Shown here: one piece after another, positions 16,741-26,256 of the stretch
Layout: each line of letters begins with the position of its first letter
How positions within the stretch are numbered: position 1 is the first letter of the stretch
DNA from: an uncultured Thermodesulfobacteriota bacterium
GTDB taxonomy: Bacteria; Desulfobacterota; DSWW01
NCBI GenBank assembly: GCA_964384945.1
Contig: CAYLMK010000004.1
Span: 1-64,000 of the forward strand
Direction of reading: 5' to 3'
DNA length: 64,000 bases
Notes under the pieces: model-generated
Seen by the model: the letters and a program-made list of their open reading frames with translations, nothing else
Database searches by the model: none
Told to the model about the DNA's origin: nothing
Made by a program: the position numbers and the translations under genes

Positions 16741-17295
16741 TCACCCGTCCAGCCAGGACTTCAGATCAGGTGTTACGGCTATGTCGGGTTCCCTCTCGCC
16801 TGTGAGCTCGGCGACCACCTTGTCATACTTGGTTCTCCAGATGTTGTGGTCGTCCGCGAACCCCTGCAGGTGTGCCTCTCCGATACGGGCGGCCATCACC
16901 ATGTCCTTGCCGGCCCCGTCCACGTCTCCCAACTCGGAAAGGGTGGTTCCCCTGCTGAAGTAGGCGATCCCGTAACGGTCATCCAGCTCGATCGCTCTGT
17001 CGAAATCCGCCTTCGCCTTCTCGCGGTCCCCCTTACTCAGGTGGGCCAGACCCCGGAAATGGTAGGCACGAGGGTCGTTCGGGTTCAGTTCGAGGGCCTT
17101 TTCGAAATCTTCCAAGGCCTTGTCGAACTCCCCGACCTTTGCCCGGGCCGCCCCGCGGCTCATATAGGCGGACTTGAATTGGGGGTCCGAGTCGATGGCC
17201 TTGGAAAAGTGATCGATGCTTCTCTCATACTCTCCTCGGGCAAACAGGTTGGCACCCTCGGAGAACATATCGTATGCTTTCGAATTCGCATTCAT
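16741..17295 (-). CDS. Tetratricopeptide repeat protein
   Basis: At least 4 TPR units (AYxxRGxAxxxxGxxxxAxxDFxxAIEL pattern). Confidence 0.75.
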   Translation of the reverse strand: MNANSKAYDMFSEGANLFARGEYERSIDHFSKAIDSDPQFKSAYMSRGAARAKVGEFDKALEDFEKALELNPNDPRAYHFRGLAHLSKGDREKAKADFDRAIELDDRYGIAYFSRGTTLSELGDVDGAGKDMVMAARIGEAHLQGFADDHNIWRTKYDKVVAELTGEREPDIAVTPDLKSWLDG

Positions 17296-17472
17296 TCTCT
17301 TATCTCCCTTTTGTCAGAGATCGTTGCGATCATCCACTCAGCAACCTTTTGTCGGGAAAAAGCCTCTTTCCCTATATCACGCCAGAACACGCCAATTCCT
17401 ACTGTGCAAGTATTGTAAGATCTGTCCTTTGGATGACAAGCCCCAGGTCGATGTTTCAGGCAGAGGCAGAAG

Positions 17473-17940
17473 ATGGGAAGACTGTACCGGATTCACAGGC
17501 GCCAGCGTCTTCCGATCGAGAACCGGGCCGCCTGGGATTTCTTTTCGGACTGCAGGAACCTCTCGAAGATCACCCCCGCTTACCTGGGGTTCAGCTTCGC
17601 AGGGGAGCCTCCGGAAAGCATGTACGAGGGGATGATCATCACCTACAAGATACGTCCCTTGCTTGGAATCCCGGTCACCTGGGTCACGGAGATCACCCAT
17701 GTGGCCGAGCCTTCCCGTTTCGTCGACGAACAGCGGTTCGGCCCCTATCGATTCTGGCACCACAAGCATCTCTTTCGGCCCATCCCGGGCGGCGTGGAGA
17801 TGGAGGACATCGTTGACTATTCCCTGCCTTTCGGCCCACTGGGCCGCGTGACCCATGCCCTCCTTGTCCGAAAGAAGCTCGAGGACATTTTCGATTACCG
17901 GGAAGGCACATTGAGGCGGATGTTCGGGGAAATCCCATAA
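17473..17940 (+). CDS. SRPBCC (START/Bet v1-like) ligand-binding domain protein
   Basis: ~155 aa with the fold-typical pattern (...WDFFSD..NL.KI.P......EITHVAEPSRFVDEQRFGPY.FWHH.H.F). Confidence 0.5.
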   Translation: MGRLYRIHRRQRLPIENRAAWDFFSDCRNLSKITPAYLGFSFAGEPPESMYEGMIITYKIRPLLGIPVTWVTEITHVAEPSRFVDEQRFGPYRFWHHKHLFRPIPGGVEMEDIVDYSLPFGPLGRVTHALLVRKKLEDIFDYREGTLRRMFGEIP

Positions 17941-18054
17941 AGGCAACAACGAGCAAGCCTGCCGTCCGGAACGGGTGGACAAGAGAACGAGCGGATTTCG
18001 ACAACTGAAGGCGGCCGGCCGAATCCATAACAAAAAACCGTTTTCAGGCAAGGG

Positions 18055-18858
18055 GTGCTTTCCATGGGCATCGCACAGATGATCCTGTTCGGATGGCTCG
18101 GGATGGCCCTGATGATGGCCGTTCTCTACGGGATAGCCCGGATCAACAAGAATGCCGGAATCGTGGATGCGGGATGGGCGACGGGCCTGGCCATCCTGGC
18201 CGTCTTCTATGCTCTGGCGGCGGACGGTTCGGCCGCCAGGAGGCTTCTGCTTGCGGCCCTGGCGGGATTCTGGGGGATCCGGCTGGGCTCTTATCTCTTC
18301 TTCAACCGCTTCCTCGGCAAGCCCGAGGACGGAAGGTACCGGGAACTGCGGAGGCGGTGGGGTAGCCGTGCGGAACCGAGTTTCTTCCTGTTTTTCCAGT
18401 TTCAGGCGGGCCTGGACGTCCTATTCTCGCTTCCCTTCCTGGCGGTCGCCTTCAACGCGAAGCCGACCCCGGGGGTCTTGGACCTGGTGGGGGCCCTCGT
18501 CTGGGCCGTGGCCGTGCTCGGGGAAACGACAGCGGACCGGCAACTGGCCCGGTTCCGCGCCCGGCCGGAAAACCGGGGAAAGACCTGCAACCAGGGGCTG
18601 TGGCATTATTCGCGCCACCCGAACTACTTTTTCGAGTGGATCCACTGGTTCGCCTACATCTTCCTGGCTGCAGGGTCTCCCCTGTGGTGGCTCACCCTCC
18701 TCGGGCCGGTTCTGATGGCGCTGTTCCTGCTCAAGATCACCGGGGTTCCTTACACCGAGCAGCAGTCGCTCAAAAGCAAAGGGGAGTCGTACCGCGAGTA
18801 CCAGCGAACCACCAGCCCCTTTATCCCATGGTTTCCCAAGAAATCGGGTCGGCCCTAA
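18055..18858 (+). CDS. DUF1295 / steroid 5-alpha-reductase-like integral membrane protein
   Basis: Multi-TM protein whose C-terminal GLWHYSRHPNYFFEW motif is typical of the ICMT / 5-alpha-reductase / DUF1295 superfamily. Confidence 0.7.
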   Translation: MLSMGIAQMILFGWLGMALMMAVLYGIARINKNAGIVDAGWATGLAILAVFYALAADGSAARRLLLAALAGFWGIRLGSYLFFNRFLGKPEDGRYRELRRRWGSRAEPSFFLFFQFQAGLDVLFSLPFLAVAFNAKPTPGVLDLVGALVWAVAVLGETTADRQLARFRARPENRGKTCNQGLWHYSRHPNYFFEWIHWFAYIFLAAGSPLWWLTLLGPVLMALFLLKITGVPYTEQQSLKSKGESYREYQRTTSPFIPWFPKKSGRP

Positions 18859-18997
18859 ACGGGGATGAAAGAGCGCATTGAAGGATCCGATGAACAAAAC
18901 CCGGAGGGCCATGATCCAAGCTGCATCCCCCTATGAATTCCAAGAACCTACCGCCGGTTCGAGCCATCTATACCCCATAGACCGAAAAGGAGGTGCA

Positions 18998-19535
18998 AGT
19001 GAGAGCCGCTCCGGGAAGAAAATGCAAGGTCTTGATCCTCATCACCATCGTTCTCGCGTGGGCGGGAAGTTCTCTCGGCGAGGATCGAGCCACAGGGAAT
19101 CGACTGAAAGAAATCGAGTCCCTTTTCAACAATTTCAACAAGGATACCCTGGACCTCGCGGATGATTTCTACGACCCGGATGTGATCTTCCTCGACCCGG
19201 TCGTGGAACTGCGCGGGCGGGACGCCCTGAAGGCCTACTACGCGGGCATGTACGATAACGTCACGAGCATCCGCTTTGATTTTTCCGGCGGAATCGAGAA
19301 AGATGATGAGGCGGTGGCCTTCTGGACCATGGAGGTCCGCGCCCGGGGTCTGAAGGGGGGCGAGCCGCTTTTCCTGGAAGGCGCCTCCCACATCCGTTTC
19401 GGGGGCGAATCGGGCAAGGCGGTCTATCACCGGGACTACTTCGACATGGGGGCATTTGTTTACGAAAACATCCCCGTGCTCGGTTCGATCATCCGCTACA
19501 CCAAGGGCCGGCTCGCAAGACGCGGCAAGGAATGA
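18998..19535 (+). CDS. Secreted SnoaL/NTF2-like domain protein
   Basis: Signal peptide (RKCKVLILITIVLAWAGSSLG). A GTG start at 18998 sits 5 nt after AAGGAGG. The NTF2-like region is ~150 aa. Confidence 0.5.
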
Positions 19536-19617
19536 CCGACCCTTCCTTCCCACGAACCGACCCGCGAGCGGTCAGGCCTGCGATGCGCGATCCGTTCAAA
19601 CAAGGAACCCGGCTCCG

Positions 19618-20424
19618 ATGGTGGAACTGAACGTTCTGACCCTGAACCTCCGGAAAGAGACGGAGGAGGACGGCGAGAACAACTGGCCGGTGCGGGTGAG
19701 CGTGGTGATCCGGCTGATCCGGGAGTTCTTGCCTCACCTGATAGGCACGCAGGAGGGCAGAAGACCGCAAATCTACGAACTTCTGAATGCGCTGGACGAG
19801 TATGCCATCGCCGACTTCCATCGGGACTGGGACCCGGAACGCTTCTATCCCTGCATCTTTTACCGCCGTGACTCGGTGAAAATTCTCGAGAGCGGGGATC
19901 GGTGGCTCTCCGAGACGCCCGAAATCCACGCGAGCAAGAGCTGGGGAAGCGCCTTTCCGCGGCTGGCCACCTGGGCCCGGTGCAGGTCGCGGGTCTCCTC
20001 GACCGATTTCTTGTTCGCCTGCACCCACATGGATCACGTAAGCGCGGAAGCGAGATCCGGGCAGGCCAGGGTTCTCAGGAATCTGCTGGAGGAGAAGAAC
20101 CGAGACGGCCTCCCCGTGATTCTGGTGGGCGATTTCAACGACGTCCCCGGATCCGCGCCCTATCAGACCCTGACCTCCTTGCTGAAGGACGTGTGGCTGG
20201 ACACCCACTCCTGGAATGCGGGCGAGGGAACCTGGCACGGCTTTTCAGGAAAGGCGCAGAAAGGGCGGCTGGACTGGATCCTCGCAAGCCCCGGAGTGCA
20301 GACTCGTGAGGTCAGGATTCTTCGAAGCGCCTATCAGGGGCGGTACCCCTCCGACCATTTCCCGGTATACGCCACCCTGCAGGTAGGCGGTTCTGGACCC
20401 GCAGAAAGGGACAAGGCGTCATAG
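19618..20424 (+). CDS. Endonuclease/exonuclease/phosphatase (EEP) family protein
   Basis: VLTLNLR...THMDHVS...VGDFND...SDHFPV are EEP catalytic motifs. The start is at MVELNVL (ATG 19618). Confidence 0.75.
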   Translation: MVELNVLTLNLRKETEEDGENNWPVRVSVVIRLIREFLPHLIGTQEGRRPQIYELLNALDEYAIADFHRDWDPERFYPCIFYRRDSVKILESGDRWLSETPEIHASKSWGSAFPRLATWARCRSRVSSTDFLFACTHMDHVSAEARSGQARVLRNLLEEKNRDGLPVILVGDFNDVPGSAPYQTLTSLLKDVWLDTHSWNAGEGTWHGFSGKAQKGRLDWILASPGVQTREVRILRSAYQGRYPSDHFPVYATLQVGGSGPAERDKAS

Positions 20425-20505
20425 ACCCAATCCCGTTCGGTCCTGGCAAGGCGGGGCTGCCCGTCCCGCAGCCTGTTCAAGTTCCTTTCATGTTCTCCTT
20501 TTCGA

Positions 20506-21237
20506 TCAACGCGGTTCCTCTGAACCGAGCAGGCTGAGGAGAAGGCTGCGGCTCGGCCGGTAGTGGTACTCGCACTGTTCGTCCGGATAGCGGGAAGACC
20601 GGCCCACGGGGCAGGCGTCGCGAACCGCAAGCCAGAGCCTCCAGCTCTCCGATACCTTCTTTGCCATGGGTGCGTCCTTGGAGGCCGCCACCGCCCGATC
20701 CAGCGCGGGGAGGCAGGGCTTGCGGCAGGGCGTGCAGGGGTCCGGCGCAGGGGCCGGTCCGGCCCATGGCCAGTCCTCGTCGAGCACAAGGACGGCTCGC
20801 AGAGCGATCCAGGGCCCGTGCACCGGATGAATGCTCAGATGGCTGGGCGAGGTGTGGGCAAGGCCTGCGATCCTCGCGGCCCGCTGTATGGCGACAGGGC
20901 CGGGCTCCGAGCTGTGGGCCCACCGGGCCTCGCAGGCCAGGGGAAGGCCCTGAACCAGGCCTCGGACCGTCTCCGCCACGTAGGTATTTACCGGATGATC
21001 CGATTCGCGAAGCTTCTCGGATGCCCTCAGGGCCTCGAGGAAGGCAGGCCAGAACGCGCGGCTGTTGCCAAGCAAGACGCCGACAGGGCCCTGTCTTCCG
21101 AAGTCGGGAAGAAGGTAGGCACGGGGAACGGACCGATTGTATGCATCGACGGGAAACGCGGAACAGAGGTCCAAGCCTGGCCGCTCTGCGGAACGGCCCA
21201 ACGTCTCAAGGAGTTGCCGCAATTCGTTCGAATGCAC
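20506..21237 (-). CDS. MMACHC (cblC)-like cobalamin-processing protein homologue
   Basis: Collinear with human MMACHC: ...AYNRSVPRAYLLPDFG.../[20 protein letters not shown]... and ...IHPVHGPWIALRAVLVLD...P.P..C.P/...IHPRFGGWFAIRGVVLLP.... Similarity is judged from memory of the family. Confidence 0.45.
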   Translation of the reverse strand: MHSNELRQLLETLGRSAERPGLDLCSAFPVDAYNRSVPRAYLLPDFGRQGPVGVLLGNSRAFWPAFLEALRASEKLRESDHPVNTYVAETVRGLVQGLPLACEARWAHSSEPGPVAIQRAARIAGLAHTSPSHLSIHPVHGPWIALRAVLVLDEDWPWAGPAPAPDPCTPCRKPCLPALDRAVAASKDAPMAKKVSESWRLWLAVRDACPVGRSSRYPDEQCEYHYRPSRSLLLSLLGSEEPR

Positions 21238-21454
21238 TTCTCATGACCCCCTGTTGTCTCGTGTCCTTCCTTGCATTGTAGGTGGGCCGATGCTTACGGC
21301 ACAAGAGGGGGGGGCGCGCCCGTCTGCCGGCAGAGATCAGGCCGCACGGGCCCTTTTCGAGGCGGGAACGTACGAATGATCTTCCCCTCTGGGACGCCCG
21401 GACAATCGGGCGCCCCAGGAAGGAGAGGATCCTGTTGCGCAAAGGTATGCGTGA

Positions 21455-22225
21455 TTACAGAGGGTCGATCTGGGCCACGGTCCCGTCCTGGAATTGGGCA
21501 AGAAGGAAGACGTCGGCCACCTGATTGACGGCAAAGATGTTCACAATACTCCCTGCCGGGATCGCCGGTGTCGCGAACGTGAGGTCGGGGACCGCATCGT
21601 TGTCCACGTCGAACCCGATCGTGTAGGCCCCGGCCGGAAGGATCAGATACTCTCCGATATCGCGGAAGTTCACATTTTCGTATAACAATATCGGATTCAG
21701 CAGATCGCTGACCTCCCAGATGTCCACCTCACCCACGTCCGGGGCCACATGAATCGCACGAAGACGTATGTTTCCCGTACCGGTGCTGCTCAGATCGTCT
21801 TCAAGCAACAGGGCCTCGATCGGTGCGGCAAGCTCGTTGAAGGCAACTGCGGTGTACGCCTTGTTCGCCTGGAGCTGCAAGGGGCCGATATCCAGGACGC
21901 TCGGCGGCGGAGGCGGCGCCCCGGCCGCAGTGACGTTGAATGTGTAGGAACCTGCATCCGCGTCTACGAAAGGTGTCGATTCCCCGAAGGCGAGATCCTC
22001 GATGGCTGCCGGCGGGGTGCCGTTGACGTAAATATCGACAGCGGGCGCGTCGGGAGAGAGGTGGATCGCGCGCACTCTCGCCTCGCCCACAGGGGCCTGC
22101 GCCTCTTCCTCATCATCATCACCGCACCCGTAGCCTCCCAGCGCGATCAGGGCCGCTGCGAACAGGACCAGCCCCCGGAAAAATGCCTTTTGAAGCAGAT
22201 CGTTGCTAAATGCCCAAATCTTCAT
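21455..22225 (-). CDS. DUF4397-like lipoprotein
   Basis: Signal peptide plus lipobox (LGGYGC) followed by an acidic linker. Repeated beta-rich modules. Confidence 0.55.
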   Translation of the reverse strand: MKIWAFSNDLLQKAFFRGLVLFAAALIALGGYGCGDDDEEEAQAPVGEARVRAIHLSPDAPAVDIYVNGTPPAAIEDLAFGESTPFVDADAGSYTFNVTAAGAPPPPPSVLDIGPLQLQANKAYTAVAFNELAAPIEALLLEDDLSSTGTGNIRLRAIHVAPDVGEVDIWEVSDLLNPILLYENVNFRDIGEYLILPAGAYTIGFDVDNDAVPDLTFATPAIPAGSIVNIFAVNQVADVFLLAQFQDGTVAQIDPL

Positions 22226-22258
22226 GGCTTCCTCCTTCCGATTGCTTGATGTTCAATG

Positions 22259-22280
22259 GATTGTCTTGGGATTGTCTTGG
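22259..22280. repeat. Tandem direct repeat (GATTGTCTTGG)x2
   Basis: Exact 11-bp unit repeated head-to-tail in the intergenic region upstream of the DUF4397 gene and downstream of the PAS-LuxR regulator. Confidence 0.4.
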
Positions 22281-22489
22281 AACCAAACGAGTCGGTCGGG
22301 ACTATGCTTGTCGGAGCTTGCCTGGCGCAATTGATCAAGCTCTTTGTTTTTTTGCATTTCAGCTTTTCGTTTTGTAGTGCCCCGCAAAGACTATAGATGC
22401 CGAATGGTCGACCTTAATTCTAACTTTCAGACGTTCCTTGCGAACGGGGGGTTCCAGGGAAAAGCTGGTAGGGAATCGGCAGGGGAAGC

Positions 22490-23440
22490 CTATGATTCGG
22501 AGAGGGAAAGCAAGGTGGATCTGAGGTTGGCCTTCTTGCTCTTCAGGCCCAGCTTTCTGCGGATGTTCTTCCTGTGGAAGTCCACCGCGCTCGCGGAAAT
22601 ATTGAGGAAGCGGGCGATTTCCTTGGTCATCTTTCCATCCTTGACCAGGCCGGCCACCTGGATCTCCTGGGGCGTCAGCCCGTAGTAGCTCGACGTGAGG
22701 CGATCCAGGAACGGCGAGACAATCTCCTGAAGATTCGACTCGACGACTCGCACGCATTCCGCAGCCTCCGTCTGCAGCCTCATTCCTTTCAGCCTCTCCA
22801 GGTACGGAAGAACCCTCTGCTTGACGTTCCCGAGAACCCGTTCCTCGAATTCCTTCCTGTCCGCTTCCCGCCTCTCGAGAAGCACCTTGAGGGCGGTGTT
22901 GATTTCGCCCAGGTCCCGGGTCTTTCCCTCAAGCTCTCGCTCACGCTCCCCGAGCCGTTCTTCCGCCCTCTTGAGCGCCGTGATGTCCTCGTGCGAGACG
23001 ACCACGCGCAGCGGCCCCGGGCCGTCCAGGCGCACGGCCCGCATGAAGTACCATCGCTTCTCGGTCGGCGAGTGGCACGGATACTCGATCGAATACTCCT
23101 GCTCTTCTCCGGAGAGCACGGACCGGATGCCTCGGGCCACCTCCCCGGCCTCCTCCGAGTATTCGCCCTCGGCCGCATCGCAGACGGCCAGGTAATTCAT
23201 TCCGATCGTGTCGCGCGCGCTTCCGCTCGTGTTCTTCCTGCCGTACTCGTTCCACTCCAGGTTCGTGGCGATGATCGTGCCGTCGGCATCGAGAAGCGCC
23301 ACGTGGATCGACAGGGCATTCAGCACGGTCTTTCCGAGTCCCTCCAGAAGGGCCGCCTTCTGTTCCCCGGCCTCGGCAAGCCTTCGCTCCAGCCTCTCGA
23401 TCTCTTCGAGCAGATCCTTCTGACCGGGCGAGACCTTCAT
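22490..23440 (-). CDS. PAS-domain LuxR/GerE-type transcriptional regulator
   Basis: N-terminal coiled-coil and PAS region. C-terminal ...LTPQEIQVAGLVKDGKMTKEIARFLNISASAVDFHRKNIRRKLG is a LuxR-type HTH. Confidence 0.8.
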   Translation of the reverse strand: MKVSPGQKDLLEEIERLERRLAEAGEQKAALLEGLGKTVLNALSIHVALLDADGTIIATNLEWNEYGRKNTSGSARDTIGMNYLAVCDAAEGEYSEEAGEVARGIRSVLSGEEQEYSIEYPCHSPTEKRWYFMRAVRLDGPGPLRVVVSHEDITALKRAEERLGERERELEGKTRDLGEINTALKVLLERREADRKEFEERVLGNVKQRVLPYLERLKGMRLQTEAAECVRVVESNLQEIVSPFLDRLTSSYYGLTPQEIQVAGLVKDGKMTKEIARFLNISASAVDFHRKNIRRKLGLKSKKANLRSTLLSLSES

Positions 23441-23584
23441 GCGGAATCCCTCGGTACGAAAACCAATGTACTCCTCCCCTCATCTATGATACATAATGTG
23501 CTGTTTTGGAATCAAAAATATCTGATCGGGATCCTCTGTCGAAAGATCTTGAGCACCAGCCCTCCAGAGCCCTGCGACCGCCCT

Positions 23585-24043
23585 ATGCAAGCGGATGACC
23601 GCCGCATACAGATACTGAAAACGCTGCTCGCCTCCCAGAGGCTGGCCGTTCTGGCCACCCAGAGGGGGGGGCAACCCTATGGCAGCCTCGTTTCGTTCGC
23701 CGCCACGCAGGACATGCGGGAGATCCTCTTCGCAACGACCCGCGCAACCCGCAAATACGAGAATCTGCTTGCAGAGCCGCGGGTGGCGCTGCTGATCGAC
23801 AACCGATCGAACAAGGAATCGGACATCCACGAGGCCACGGCGGTGACCGCCACCGGGCGGGCCGAGGAACTGGCAGGAGCAGACCGGGAGGTTTACCTGG
23901 ATCTCTATTTGAGAAAGCATCCGTATCTTCGAGATTTTGTCCTCTCGCCCACCTGCGCCCTCCTCCGGGTGAAGGTGACGACCTATTACATGGTGAACCG
24001 ATTCCAGGAAGTCACCGAACTCCACGCGGGACAATGGACCTGA
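23585..24043 (+). CDS. Pyridoxamine 5'-phosphate oxidase-like (FMN-binding split barrel) protein
   Basis: 152 aa. Only the C-terminal part of the 489-aa track ORF is gene-like. Its stop overlaps the next start by 10 nt. Confidence 0.65.
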   Translation: MQADDRRIQILKTLLASQRLAVLATQRGGQPYGSLVSFAATQDMREILFATTRATRKYENLLAEPRVALLIDNRSNKESDIHEATAVTATGRAEELAGADREVYLDLYLRKHPYLRDFVLSPTCALLRVKVTTYYMVNRFQEVTELHAGQWT

Positions 24044-26247
24044 TCCTTCCCCTCGATTTCGTGCGCCCGGAAGAGGGCCCCTTCATCGGCGGCAAGTGTC
24101 TTGCCCTCGCCCTCATGAGGCGAAGAGGCTTCCGGGTGCCGGAAACCCTGTGCGTCCGGACCGAGGCCTATCAGGAATTCGTCGAGCGAAACGGGCTCCG
24201 GGAGCGTATCCTGCTCGAACTCAACCGGAAGGACTTCCGGGACATGCGCTGGGAGGAGATCTGGGACGCCTCTCTGCGGATTCGCAACCTCTTCCTGACC
24301 ACCCCGATGCCGACGGCCCTCGCCGAGAGGCTCGGGCCGGTGATCGAAGGCCGCTTCGGCGACGCTCCCGTGGTAGTGAGATCCTCAGCGCCCGGCGAGG
24401 ACTCGGCAGCGGCCTCCTTCGCGGGCCTGCACGAGTCCTACGTAAACGTGCGCGGCACGGAATCGATCCTGGATCACCTGCGAAAGGTGTGGGCATCCCT
24501 GTGGTCGGATGCGGCGTTGCTCTACCGGCGGGAACTCGGGTTGGACGTGGAGAGGAGCACCATGGCCGTGGCCGTCCAGGAAATCGTCACCGGCGACTGC
24601 TCCGGCGTGGCGTTCGGTGTGAATCCGAACGACCCTTCCCAGGCGGTCGTCGAATCGGTCTACGGGCTCAACCAGGGCCTGGTGGACGGCGCCGTGGAGC
24701 CGGACAGGTGGATCCTGGACAGGCAGAGCGGGGTGGTGATCGAGCACAGGGAGGCCAGGAGGGAGCGGCGAATGGTCGCCGCATCCCGAGGGGTTTCCCT
24801 GGAACCTCTTCCCCCGGAGCTCTCCGGGAGGCCGCCGCTTGCGCCCGAGCAGGTCGCTCTCGTCTTCCGGTTCGCAAAGGATCTGGAGAAGCTCTTCAGG
24901 GCGCCCCAGGATGTGGAATGGACGTTTCGCGGGGGCGAGGCCTTCGTTCTGCAGTCGCGGCCCGTGACCGCGGGCAGCGATGCGCAGCAGGGGGATCAGC
25001 GGCCCTGGTATCTGAGCCTTCGCAGGAGCTACGAAAGCCTCAAGGCGATGCGCACGGCCATCGAGGGACGGCGGATCCCGGAAATGATCGAGGAGGCCCG
25101 GAAGCTCGCGCGCCTGGACCTGGCGGGCCTCCCGGACGCCGAACTCGCCGGGGAGATCCGCCGCCGGCAAGGGATTTTCGAAAAATGGAAAGACATCTAC
25201 TGGGCGGAATTCATTCCCTTTGCCCACGGGGCGAGGCTTTTCGGCCGGGTTTACAACGACACCCTCAGGCCGTCCGACCCTTACGAGTTCGTCGACCTCC
25301 TCTCCGATTCGGGGATGATCAGCGTGGAACGCAACCGGATGCTCGGCGAGATGGCCGGCCGAATCCGGCGGGACCCGGGGCTTGCCCGGGACCTGCGGGA
25401 AGGCAACGGGATCGCGGACCCGGTCTTTTCCGAACTCCTGGACCGCTTCCTCGACAGGTTCGGCCCCCTGGCAACGCCGTCCTCCTCCAAGGAAAAGGCG
25501 GTTGACGGGATCTTGCGGCTCGCCCTCGAGATGGCCTCGTCGCCCCGCGCCCGGGAGAGTGCAACGCCAACGCGCCGGGAAGAGCTCGAGGCAGCCTTTC
25601 TCGGAAGGTTTGAGGGAGAAAGGAGGCAGGAGGCCCTCGACCTTCTCGATCTGGCGCGGGCGAGCTACAGGCTCCGAGACGACGACAACCTCTACCTGGG
25701 CAGGATCGAGGCCCAACTGGGCGCAGCGGTCGAGGTCGCCAGAGGCCGTCTCAGGACGCGGGGCGCTCCGGCGGAGCCCGAGGGGCTCGGCACGGACGAA
25801 CTGATCGAATGCCTGGTGGATCCGGCCCGCGTTCCGCGCCCGGCGGATCCAGGAGCGGACGTCCCGAGGCCGGCGGGCCAGGGATTCATCCAACGGGCCA
25901 GGCAGCTCATCGGTCAACCCGCAGGGCCGGGGATCTCCCAGGGCGCCGCGAGGGTGATTCTTCGGCCGTCCGACCTTCTGGAGTTCAAATCGGGGGAGAT
26001 CCTTGTCTGCGACGCCCTGGACCCCAACATGACCTTTGTCGTCCCTCTGGCGGCCGGGATCGTCGAGCGCAGGGGCGGGATGTTGATCCACGGAGCGATC
26101 ATCGCCCGAGAGTACGGACTGCCCTGCGTGACCGGTGTGCCCGAGGCCACCCGACGCATCCGCACGGGCGACACCCTCACCGTGGACGGCTACCTGGGGA
26201 TCGTGATCCTCGGCGAAGACGCGGTGAGACGACAAACAGGAGGTTGA
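24034..26247 (+). CDS. PEP-utilizing-enzyme family phosphotransferase (PPDK_N ATP-grasp + C-terminal phosphohistidine swivel domain; rifampicin-phosphotransferase-like architecture)
   Basis: The N-terminal ~300 aa is a pyruvate-phosphate-dikinase N-terminal ATP-grasp (...VVVRSSAPGEDSAAASFAGLHESYVNV...). The C-terminal mobile-domain motif GGMLIHGAIIAREYGLPCVTG carries the catalytic His. No PEP/pyruvate-binding TIM barrel is present. Confidence 0.75.
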   Translation: MDLILPLDFVRPEEGPFIGGKCLALALMRRRGFRVPETLCVRTEAYQEFVERNGLRERILLELNRKDFRDMRWEEIWDASLRIRNLFLTTPMPTALAERLGPVIEGRFGDAPVVVRSSAPGEDSAAASFAGLHESYVNVRGTESILDHLRKVWASLWSDAALLYRRELGLDVERSTMAVAVQEIVTGDCSGVAFGVNPNDPSQAVVESVYGLNQGLVDGAVEPDRWILDRQSGVVIEHREARRERRMVAASRGVSLEPLPPELSGRPPLAPEQVALVFRFAKDLEKLFRAPQDVEWTFRGGEAFVLQSRPVTAGSDAQQGDQRPWYLSLRRSYESLKAMRTAIEGRRIPEMIEEARKLARLDLAGLPDAELAGEIRRRQGIFEKWKDIYWAEFIPFAHGARLFGRVYNDTLRPSDPYEFVDLLSDSGMISVERNRMLGEMAGRIRRDPGLARDLREGNGIADPVFSELLDRFLDRFGPLATPSSSKEKAVDGILRLALEMASSPRARESATPTRREELEAAFLGRFEGERRQEALDLLDLARASYRLRDDDNLYLGRIEAQLGAAVEVARGRLRTRGAPAEPEGLGTDELIECLVDPARVPRPADPGADVPRPAGQGFIQRARQLIGQPAGPGISQGAARVILRPSDLLEFKSGEILVCDALDPNMTFVVPLAAGIVERRGGMLIHGAIIAREYGLPCVTGVPEATRRIRTGDTLTVDGYLGIVILGEDAVRRQTGG

Positions 26248-26256
26248 AGGGTTCCG

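Noticed and set aside
21396-21417. Hairpin CGCCCG-gacaat-CGGGCG downstream of the DUF4397 gene as an intrinsic terminator
   Set aside because: The stem is short (6 bp) and lacks an adjacent U-tract in the transcribed orientation, so it is too weak to call.
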